Translations under genes and position numbers: made by a program | Shown here: piece by piece, positions 37,709-46,396 of the stretch | Layout of the letters: every line of letters starts with the position of its first letter | How positions within the stretch are numbered: the stretch's first letter is position 1 | Notes under the pieces: model-generated | Told to the model about the DNA's origin: nothing | Database searches by the model: none | What the model saw: the letters and a program-made list of their open reading frames with translations, nothing else | Assembly: GCA_004431415.1 (NCBI GenBank) | Contig: QPMI01000232.1 | Coordinates: 42,802 to 106,801 of the forward strand | DNA: 64,000 nt | Direction: 5' to 3' | DNA from: Cyanophora paradoxa CCMP329 | Lineage: Eukaryota > Plantae > Glaucophyta

Positions 37709-39673
37709 CTACTCCCACGACACATAAAGAGCAACAAGAATCCAGGAAGGTAACTGTGCCGAGCGAGGCCCGCGATAGCACACGTCATATGCTGGGCCAA
37801 GCACCATTGCAGGTGCACGCAAGGCAAGCTGCAACTGTGGCCACCATGGAGCTGAGGGCCACTGAGGGACAATAAAAACTGCCGAGGCCCTACACTGGCG
37901 GACATGTGACACAAGGTGCAAGAGGACATTTGGGTCCGGAAAGACGTAATTACGAGCACCACGCCAGGTTGCTGTAAAGCAATCATATCCTTCAGCATGT
38001 CGATCATTCAAATCAATGGAAAAGTATCGATTTAGGTGAGTGTTGGCTGATGAGGCCATACGATCAATATCAAAAGGTCCAAATGTCCGACTGACCATGG
38101 CAAAATACCCAGGTTTCAAAGAGTAGTCGGCGGGGTAAAAGTAGCGACTCAAAGCATCGGACCACTCATTGTCAACACCAGGAATGTGTTCTGCTTCAAT
38201 GCTGATGCAATTGAGCAGAGCAATATCCCAAATTGCTGCTGCAACTCGGCAAAGGTATTCATGTCTTCCGCCACCATTGTTGATGTAGGCCACAGTCACT
38301 GTGTTGTTCGAGCGAACTAAGATGTTCTGATTGCGCAATAAACCTTGATAGTGCTGCATAGCGCGAAGCACTGCCATTAACTCGCGCCACGACGAAATTT
38401 GCTGAGCTTCTTCTTGGTTCCACAGGCACTGGAATGGGGCAGGCTCAAGCTCCCAAGCCACAGGTTGAGCATCACCAATTCGGGTAGTGATCCAGGCTCC
38501 TGCACCAACATGGCTTGCATCCGTAGTCAACACAAAGAGCCTTTCAGGCCGAATAGGGCAGCGGCCATTGTATCGGTGGATGTTGGCCAGCCACCACTCA
38601 AGTTCCCGACGAGTCTCATTGGTGAGCTCCACTGGATGATTCCAATGCCATTCTCTTGCCACGACATTGATGTATCGAAAGAGGGACCTGGTCTTGATGC
38701 GAGCTGGAGCCAAGCCCCGTGCCATGGACACAAGGGTGCCGGCGACCTTGGCCATTTCACGTGCAGATGCTGATTTCTTTTTCTTCAGAAGCCCTTTGAT
38801 CAAAGCAAGCAGACGACCAAGCTTGTCTTGGGGTACTTCAAACAACATGCGGGCGGAGTCCACTATGAAGCCCAAGAAAGCCACCGACTGTGCTGGGGTG
38901 AGCTCAGATTTGCTGTTGACCACAAGCTTGAGGGCAGCAAATGTTTTGAGGACGAAATCCCGCAATTCACAGGCCTTCTCGTAGGTTGGAGCAGCAAACC
39001 ACCAGTCGTCAACATAGTTCACCACGAAGATGCCAAAGCGGCGGAAGTAGTTGACCACTTGTCGCATGATCTTGACGAATGCAAACGGTGAGTGCTTGAG
39101 GCCGAAGGGCAAAACTGTGTACACATAGAATTTGCTGTCAAACTCAAAGCCCATGTTCCGCCAGTCTTGCGGTGAGACTGGCACGTGGTGGTATCCAGAT
39201 TCAAGGTCAATAGTGAACATGTACCAGCCTTGGCGCAGCATGGCTGCAACATGCTCAAGAGTCTCATACTTGAAGGGGATGTCCGGAAGGCCTTTATTGG
39301 TAGGCCGGCCATCCCAGATGAGCCGCAACTTGGATCCAGTCTTCTTGGGCACCACGGACAGTGAGCAGACAATGTTCACTTGAGCTTCTTCAACTTCTCT
39401 GATCGCTCCCGTGCGCAAAAGCTTCTGAATTTCGGTTCTCACAAAGTCCTGATGGTCCACAGCCGCAGACTTGTGGTTGGCCCGGCGCTCTGCTGGCAGC
39501 CGCCTCGCTCCTGACAAAGGGAAACCACGCAAGATCCAGTTGAGCACGACATCATTGGCTCCAATCGCTCTCCACTGTTGGACTGCAGCTTGAATGCAGG
39601 ATGCAACAAAGCCTCCTGCAAAGTGAGGTGAGGCCTTGCATTGGCAGACATGCCCAATTATCGCGGTGCCCAT
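37709..39673 (-). CDS. pol: Pol: reverse transcriptase + RNase H + DIRS-type adenine methyltransferase-like domain
   Basis: 654-aa open ORF. RT: KLRLIWDGR, FTIDLESGYHHV, LPFGL, YVDD. RNase H: TTDAS, RELMAV, RSNN, HIPGVDNEWSDALSR. MT: DIDRMASSAN...W...YVFP...VPQWPSAPWWP. Confidence 0.95.
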   Translation of the reverse strand: MGTAIIGHVCQCKASPHFAGGFVASCIQAAVQQWRAIGANDVVLNWILRGFPLSGARRLPAERRANHKSAAVDHQDFVRTEIQKLLRTGAIREVEEAQVNIVCSLSVVPKKTGSKLRLIWDGRPTNKGLPDIPFKYETLEHVAAMLRQGWYMFTIDLESGYHHVPVSPQDWRNMGFEFDSKFYVYTVLPFGLKHSPFAFVKIMRQVVNYFRRFGIFVVNYVDDWWFAAPTYEKACELRDFVLKTFAALKLVVNSKSELTPAQSVAFLGFIVDSARMLFEVPQDKLGRLLALIKGLLKKKKSASAREMAKVAGTLVSMARGLAPARIKTRSLFRYINVVAREWHWNHPVELTNETRRELEWWLANIHRYNGRCPIRPERLFVLTTDASHVGAGAWITTRIGDAQPVAWELEPAPFQCLWNQEEAQQISSWRELMAVLRAMQHYQGLLRNQNILVRSNNTVTVAYINNGGGRHEYLCRVAAAIWDIALLNCISIEAEHIPGVDNEWSDALSRYFYPADYSLKPGYFAMVSRTFGPFDIDRMASSANTHLNRYFSIDLNDRHAEGYDCFTATWRGARNYVFPDPNVLLHLVSHVRQCRASAVFIVPQWPSAPWWPQLQLALRAPAMVLGPAYDVCYRGPRSAQLPSWILVALYVSWE

Positions 39674-39741
39674 CTAGCACTGCTACAGCTGATGGTCCAT
39701 GCAGCCGCTGGCTTGAAGATGGTGACACGCGAACGGGAAGA

Positions 39742-39963
39742 AGCTTAGAGGCCTTGGCTGCGAAGCAAGACTGAGGCTTGTACCCCAGGGGCGCACTTAT
39801 AACTTGTAAGTGCGCCCCTTGTACATATGTGCGTAAGCAAGGCTGCCTTTATTTGGCAGCCATACACTGCCCTATGCTACGCTGACGCTCACATAGGTTC
39901 GAGTATGGCTGCCACGGCAGCCTTGCTTACAGCAAGCTAAGCACAACATGTCTTGTCATGAAG
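39742..39963 (-). repeat. Internal B1-A2 repeat junction between gag and pol
   Basis: A copy 39742-39902 abuts B copy 39903-39963, reproducing the junction that joining the two element ends would make. Confidence 0.95.
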
Positions 39964-40601
39964 AATATAAGAGTGAGCGTGTCAATGTGCTTGTTGGTTC
40001 AAGTCTTGAGCTCACATGCACACACAGTGCCACAATGCACCCACAGTGCCACAACACATTTGCACAGGCATGGACTTTCTGGATGAATGCGCCAACCTGC
40101 GATATCAGCGGGAACAGTTGGCATCATGGAATCTTCGTACCCTTGTGTACTCCTCACCTGCAAAATGCACTAGGTTAATTTCAGAGCGCCCAGTATGCGA
40201 TAGCGACACACGGGAAGGCCGGAGGGGGCCAGGAGCTCGACAGCCAGCAGCACTCCTGACCTGTGCTGGAAACAGGTCAGTTGCCGGGAGTCAGCTGGGG
40301 CTCTGCCAGGTTGGAGTCATCCAGACGGCAATATATGCCACTAGCATTGAAAAGAAAAGTAGACTACAATCACAGTCACACTTCACAGTGTTAACACATG
40401 CAAATGCACACAGGACCAATGCATAAAGCCACAGCATGCCGGCGCCACCACGGCTGGTAATGACTATGCCGCACCCGGCCACAATGCCGCACCCGGCCAC
40501 ATGTACACCATCACATGAAATGGAAGCATAATACATGTATTGCATGTTTAGGGAAGCATACACGCACACTCTAGATCTTCTGAAGACTGCACTTGCATAT
40601 G

Positions 40602-41782
40602 CTAGCAATACTTATGCTTGCAAGAACACACCGAAACACTAGTATCTAGCGAAATGCGAAACGAAAACTGCGCGTCCACACAAGGGCGCGCACGTCTACT
40701 TGGGGGGTCGCGCCAGCCGGGGCGCGGCTCGTTCGGGCAATCCTTCACGACATGCCCGGGCTTGTTGCAGCGGAAACACATCCCGCTGTTGCGCTGCGAC
40801 GGCGGGCGATCGCGGCCCTGGTGCTGGGGCCGCGGGTTGGCGTGCTGCACATACGGGCGCCCGCCGGCGGCCTCCGGGCCAGCAATGTTGAGCGCGTGCG
40901 CCAGCGCCGCAGCCGTGCCCCGATACTCCTCTGGCACACCTGCCAGCCGCTCGGCAAGCTTGTCGCCGCCCTTGTCGCGAATGTCGATCCGCTTCCGGAG
41001 CTCGTCGAGGATTTTGAGGCTCTGCTTTACGTGATCGTAGCACGCAGTGCACGAAGAGCATCTCTTGAGCTGAAACTTAAGCTGCGATAGCTGCAGGGCA
41101 AGCTCACGAAGCCACGGGTTTTTGAGCTGCATAGCCTCATGGTTGTCTTTCTGCTGCTCGCCGAGCTGCTGCTGCTGCTGCTCTTGAAGCTTGATGACCG
41201 CGCTATCTATCCCACGCTGAAGTAGCTCAGCCCACGCTGGCGGAAGCGCACCCGCTGCCGGTTTGGTCGACGTTGGGGCAGTCGAGTTGCCAGCGGGTAC
41301 AGCATAAGGGCCTTGAAGGTGACGGGTGAAGCCGGTTGACGGGCCAGCCGCGCCCGGATCCACTTGCGCCAAGTTCGGAAAGTTGCGCGCAGCCACTTGC
41401 TCTTCCTCGTCGTAGGCGCCACCGAACTGCTCACGCTGTGCCAGTCTAACGGCAACGTCGTCCTCAGGTTCATCTTCTGGGTCGGACTGCTGCTGGTCCG
41501 GATCCGGCGACACGGCTTTCTCCTTGCCTTTGCGAGATCGCGTCGGCGGAGGTGCAGGCTGCTCCTCCTCCGCACTGTCGTTGGCCGGAGCTTGAAGACG
41601 AGATGACGACCTCCGGGCCTGGGCGCGGGGGTCGTCGCCGTCTTGGGTTTGGCCGACTTGCGCGCACCAGTGGCCGTTGACTTGCGTTTCTGCGCCGCCT
41701 CGGCACAGGCGACGAGCAGAATGATGGTCAAGACGACTACGAACAGAGGGGCCCACGATGGGCTCCTCCGCGAGCGAGCCAT
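40602..41782 (-). CDS. gag: Gag-like ORF1 with CCHC zinc knuckle (probable 5' frameshift)
   Basis: CFRCNKPGHVVKDC knuckle near the C-terminus of the 384-aa ORF 40602-41756. An overlapping frame from ATG 41782 may supply the true N-terminus. Confidence 0.85.
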
Positions 41783-41788
41783 GACCTC

Positions 41789-41949
41789 AGCTTAGAGGCC
41801 TTGGCTGCGAAGCAAGACTGAGGCTTGTACCCCAGGGGCGCACTTATAACTTGTAAGTGCGCCCCTTGTACATATGTGCGTAAGCAAGGCTGCCTTTATT
41901 TGGCAGCCATACACTGCCCTATGCTACACTGACGCTCACATAGGTTCGA
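41789..41949 (-). repeat. Split direct repeat A1 (5' terminus of element)
   Basis: Matches 39742-39902 with one substitution seen (GCTACACTG vs GCTACGCTG). Confidence 0.95.
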
Positions 41950-42108
41950 ATACGTACTCGAACTCGAACTCGGGCCTTTCCGAGATTTATTTCAGAACCT
42001 TTGCGCCGCTAGCGCTCAGCGGCCTCTTCACAATTCTAAGAACAGCAATATAGTACATGTACAGGCATTCACGCAGAATAAGCGACTACCGTAGTACGGC
42101 CAATCCGA

Positions 42109-43582
42109 TCAACGTGGCGGGAAGGCGGCGCCGGGCTGGATCGCCTCTGCGTGGATGATCGTGGTCGGCTGGGGCCCTACGGGGATGGCAGGCGGCCGCC
42201 GTGCATGAGGAACTCGGCCGGTGTCGAGGGCGCCTGCGCATGCGCGCGCGCGCTTAGGGTCAGGGTCGGGGGGCCCGGGGCGCGGGGCGGGGCGCGGGGC
42301 CGAGGCACCTGCCAGACGCCGCGCTTCCAGGCGGAGACAGCGCCCTCGCGGTCGCCCTCGCGCTCCCCGGGCGCCGGCGCCGACGACGGGCGCGGGCCCG
42401 GCTCGCCCGGCGCCGGCGCCGCAGGGGCCCCACATGCACGGGCGCGGGGGCGGGCGCGGGGGCGACGACGGCGACCGGGGCGGGGCGACGATGGCGGCCG
42501 GGCGGGGGCGGCCGCGAGCGGGGCCGGAGCCGGCTCCGCGACGGCCGCCGGCGGGACGGGCGCGAGCGACACGGCGGCGACGGGGCGCGCCGCCGGGCCC
42601 GGCGCCAGGCGGACCTGCGGGGCGCCGGTGGAGACGATCAGACCGAGAAGGGTGCTTGCGCGGCGCTGGTCGCGCATGCGGCCGGCGCGCCTCGTGCTCG
42701 ATGCGGAAGGGCTTGGGCCGCGGCGCGGCGGCCGCGGGCACCGGGGCGGCGGCCGGAGCCTGCGCGGGGTGGCTCGGCGCCGCCCGCCCCGTCCGGCCGA
42801 CGTTGGCGTACGCCTCGACCTGCGCCGCCGCGAGGGCCGGTATCAAAGGCCCCTCTCGGCTGAAGATTGAGAGCTACAGCCGAGCGGCTGAGCTACAGCC
42901 GAGCGGCTGACATCTAGAGGGGTCGCACCTGGTCCCGGGCGGCGTACATGACCCGCTCCAGCTTGCCGCCGTACTCCTGGCCGAGCAGGGAAACCCGCTT
43001 CACCCTGCCCCGGCCGGCGGTGAGAGGAGAGCAGGCCGCAATTGGCAGGAGCAGAAGCAGCGGCTGCGCTGAGACGGCTCCGATCGGTCGGGGGCGCATG
43101 CGTACCAGAGGAGCCCGATGACGGCGGCGAAGAGGCCGCCCTCGACCAGCCAGCGCAGCGCCGTCGAGCGCTGCGGGAAAGAAATCAAAAGCCGGCGAAC
43201 TGCGATGCGAGCGTGCGGGGGATCCGGAGGACGGAAAAAGGAGCGGGCAAGCCGGCCCACCGTGTTCGCGATCATGAGGAAGCTGATGGCGACGAACACG
43301 GCGGCGGTCTGCGCATGCAGGCGGTCGGTGAAGATCCAAGGCGCGGATCAAATTCACGGATCGAAACATCGGAGGCGCGGGCGCACGATGCCGCTCTCCA
43401 AGAGGTCCAGCATGCGATCCATACGCGCCCGCATCGTCACGAGCGCCTGCGCCGGAAGCGAACTCAGCGGGGCGAGCGGGCACGCGCCGCCGGCCCTTTC
43501 GGATTCGCGCCTCCTCGGTCCTGTAGATCCCTCGATTTGCGACCATCAGGAGCTTGTTGGTCTCGAGCAGGGAGCGTCGCAT
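42109..43582 (-). CDS. Hypothetical two-pass membrane protein with Pro/Ala-rich tail
   Basis: Exons ALVTMRARMDRMLDLLESGI|...TAAVFVAISFLMIANT|RSTALRWLVEGGLFAAVIGLLW|VKRVSLLGQEYGGKLERVMY, with typical splice signals. Both ends uncertain. Confidence 0.5.
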
Positions 43583-44636
43583 GAGCGCAGGAAAGTCTAA
43601 GTTGCGGATTATAATTAGATGAGATATGGCAGGCGCCGGCACGACGCAGCTTTCGCCGACATGCGCACCATTTATGCGATCCGACTGATATGGTAGCAGC
43701 ACGGCGTCAGCAACGGGAGAGCGCGCGCAGGCGCGCGGGCCGGGCGCTCAGCGGTGTCGAACGATCGAGACGGCGCGCTTTGCGGGCGACGGGGAAAGGC
43801 GCGAGCGCTTGCACCTTGCCCACAATGTCATTCAGCTGCCGGAGCGAAGTCAGCATGGCGCCGCAGCGACGCCCCTTCGAACGCGCACCAGAAGAAGCAG
43901 GCGCAGCGCCTCAGTGGGCAGCGCCTGCATCTCCAGGCGGTTTGCCTGCGCATGCAAGTCGCCGGCGAGGCGTTTGGGCGCTCCAGGGCTTGCGCACGTC
44001 GAGCGCTTCGACCGCCCGCTTTTCGCCCTTGTGCAAGAGGCGAAGCGATTCCTGCAGAGAACGTACGTCATCATCATCGCATGCGCTCACACGCGCTCGG
44101 GCGCACCATAACCTTCGACATCGCGGCAGAGCGAGGAAAGCGCGGCGTGACGAATACCGTACCCGGCAGGAGAAAAACTGCGTCGGCTGCGCAGGCGGCG
44201 TTGGCTGCTAGTGGATGCGGACCTTCAACTTCAAGGCTTCATGATCAAGGCCTTCAAGGCCATGAACCTCGCAACACGACCGAACCTCATGAGGCCTCCC
44301 AGGCCTCCCTAGGCCTTCCGGATCCGGATCCCCGAGCTGCAGCTGTTGAACTCGTTCCTATTGTCGCGCGTTTACATTGCAGCTCGAACATGAACATTGC
44401 CAATGCATATGCTCTACATTCAGAATAGAGCGGACGAAGCTAGTCCGATGTGCACGCCGCCATTGCGGTCAGCGCTGCGCCCGCCGGCGCCGCCGGCCGT
44501 CGTCGTCAGCCACGTAAAAGAGAGCGAAAGGAAAGAAAGCACGGACCGTCGCGGCACCAGGGCCCGCAGGCGGTGTACAGCTTCGAATTCGCGAGCTAGC
44601 GCTGAATTCGGAGCGGCCGCGGGATCGAAAGAAGAG

Positions 44637-46046
44637 CTAGAGGAGGCCGTTGTTGCGGAAGCGCCTGCGGCGCTCGTACGTCTCGGCGTCGACGGAGAGG
44701 AAGGGGTCGGAGGGGGCGCCGGGGGGCTCGGGGAGGCGGACGGCGGCGGCGACGTGCTCGGCGATGGCGGCGTCGAGGCGGCGGAGGGGCTCGCCGTCGG
44801 GGAGGAGGGCGCGGGCGAGGGGGCGGAGGCCGGCGGCGGCGGAGAGGAGCTGGCCCGGGGCGGGGGCGACGTCGCGGCCGAGGTCGACGTGGTGCGCCAG
44901 CACGTGCCGCGGCACCAGCGCCCGCATCACCTCCGCCCGCAGCGCCGCTGCCCCGCCCCCGTCGGCCGGGCCGCCGCGCAAGGTGGGGGCGGGGAGGGGG
45001 AAAGGGGGATAGGGGGGCGCACGGATGTCGGGGTAGAGGCCGGCGGCGCCGAAGCGCCACTCGCGAACGAAGGCGGGGTGGTCGAAGACGCTGAGCAGCT
45101 TCTGCCGCATCCGCGTCGGGTCCCGCAGCTCGTCCTCCGTCGGCTGCTGGCCCATCCTGCGTGCCGCCCGGCGTCGGGGGGGCGGGGCGGGGCGCGGGGC
45201 GGCGGCCGGCGGCGCGGGGCGCACAGGGGGCCCAGCGGGCGAGGGCCTCGCGGAAGAGGTCGGCGACGACGTGCGAGAGCGACGAGCAGAACTCGTACAC
45301 GGGCCGGGGAGCAGGCCCGTGGCCCGGCCCAGGCTGCCCCGGCCGCGCAGGCGGGGCCGACGAGGAGGAGGCGCCGGGCTGCGCCGGCGGCGGCGGTGCG
45401 ACGCTCTGCGCGAGTCGGAGTGAGGCGTGCGCCACAGAGCACGCCGGGGTAGGGGCTTGACCTGCAGCGGGCTGGGGGCCTCGGGGGCGGCGACGCGGAG
45501 ATGGCGGAGGTCGGGCGCGGGCGCGCGGCACGAGGCGCACTCAGCGCCCAGAGAGAGGGCGCCCTCGAAGCCGCAGGCGAAGCAGGCGCCGGCCGGCCGC
45601 GCGGACCGGAGCTGGTCCAGCGACACGAGCTCGAACGAGGGATCGGCGTACTCAACGGCTGGCGAGTGACACTGGGGGCACACCGGGCCCGCCTTCATGG
45701 GCACAGCCGCGCCGCCCCGGCCCGCAGCGCACTGCCTATTCGAACAAGGACCTTCCACCCTTAGCGGGATCAGGCCTGCGCAGGCGACGCGGCAATCGGA
45801 TCGCGTCCGAGTTGCAGCTGGGGCAGCGCCAGCAAGGCGCGTGCTGACCTGAGATCGCATCGGGGTTCGCCCGGAGATATTCGAGCACCTTCGAAAACGG
45901 AATGCATTCCTCTTCGAACGCTCTGCTCGCCGACGAGTGAGAACCGCGTAGCTAGTTGCGGCAGAGGCATACAAGAGCAGGGCCCTGATGTCGTCCACAC
46001 GAGCAGATGGAAACAGATCTGCCACCTGCCTCACATGCGCATCCAT
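44637..46046 (-). CDS. Hypothetical protein with CUE-like N-terminus and CxxC zinc-ribbon motifs
   Basis: MDAHVRQVADLFPSARVDDIRAL matches the CUE-like pattern L..[LM]FP......I...L. CPQC, CFAC and CASC motifs follow. Ends FRNNGLL*. Confidence 0.55.
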   Translation of the reverse strand: MDAHVRQVADLFPSARVDDIRALLLYASAATSYAVLTRRRAERSKRNAFRFRRCSNISGRTPMRSQVSTRLAGAAPAATRTRSDCRVACAGLIPLRVEGPCSNRQCAAGRGGAAVPMKAGPVCPQCHSPAVEYADPSFELVSLDQLRSARPAGACFACGFEGALSLGAECASCRAPAPDLRHLRVAAPEAPSPLQVKPLPRRALWRTPHSDSRRASHRRRRRSPAPPPRRPRLRGRGSLGRATGLLPGPCTSSARRSRTSSPTSSARPSPAGPPVRPAPPAAAPRPAPPPRRRAARRMGQQPTEDELRDPTRMRQKLLSVFDHPAFVREWRFGAAGLYPDIRAPPYPPFPLPAPTLRGGPADGGGAAALRAEVMRALVPRHVLAHHVDLGRDVAPAPGQLLSAAAGLRPLARALLPDGEPLRRLDAAIAEHVAAAVRLPEPPGAPSDPFLSVDAETYERRRRFRNNGLL

Positions 46047-46396
46047 CGAACTCGGCGCAGCTGCAGTCAGCAGCCTGTCGATTCCTGCCGCGCGTACGTG
46101 AGCTCTGGTCCTCTGGGGCGCCGCATCGATTCCAGCGATTCTTCGCACCATAGCCTTCGACATTGCGCGAGGAGATCCGAGGTAGCAGCGGCGAATCCCG
46201 TACCCGGCAGGAAAACAAATTCGTCGGCTACGTCTGCCAGCGGATGCGGGCCTTCGAGGCCAGCGGCGCGCCGTTGCTGCTAGCACACTCCGCCGTAGCG
46301 GCGCCGATCCGCCCGCGGCTTCCCAGACGAACGCTGGCCGCCAGCGCTCTCCCGAGCCCAGCGCGGCGGCGATCGCACGCGCGAAGGGCGCGGATC

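Larger units (their letters stand above)
36085..41949 (-). mobile_element. Tyrosine-recombinase retrotransposon (DIRS order, PAT-like split direct repeats)
   Basis: gag, RT-RNaseH-MT and YR all on the minus strand. Repeat A (161 bp) at 41789-41949 and 39742-39902. Repeat B (61 bp) at 39903-39963 and 36085-36145. GC content clearly lower than host; no introns. Confidence 0.95.

Noticed and set aside
39948-40608. Extra ORFs in the gag-pol spacer of the retrotransposon
   Set aside because: Short, on both strands, no motif; more likely gag 3' UTR.
36085-41949. LTR retrotransposon (Ty1/Ty3) reading of the repeats
   Set aside because: No DDE integrase or protease, no TG...CA ends; YR and MT present and repeats are split A/B.
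43846-44428. Small plus-strand gene (MAPQRRPFERAPEE...)
   Set aside because: Could not assemble a convincing spliced frame or domain.
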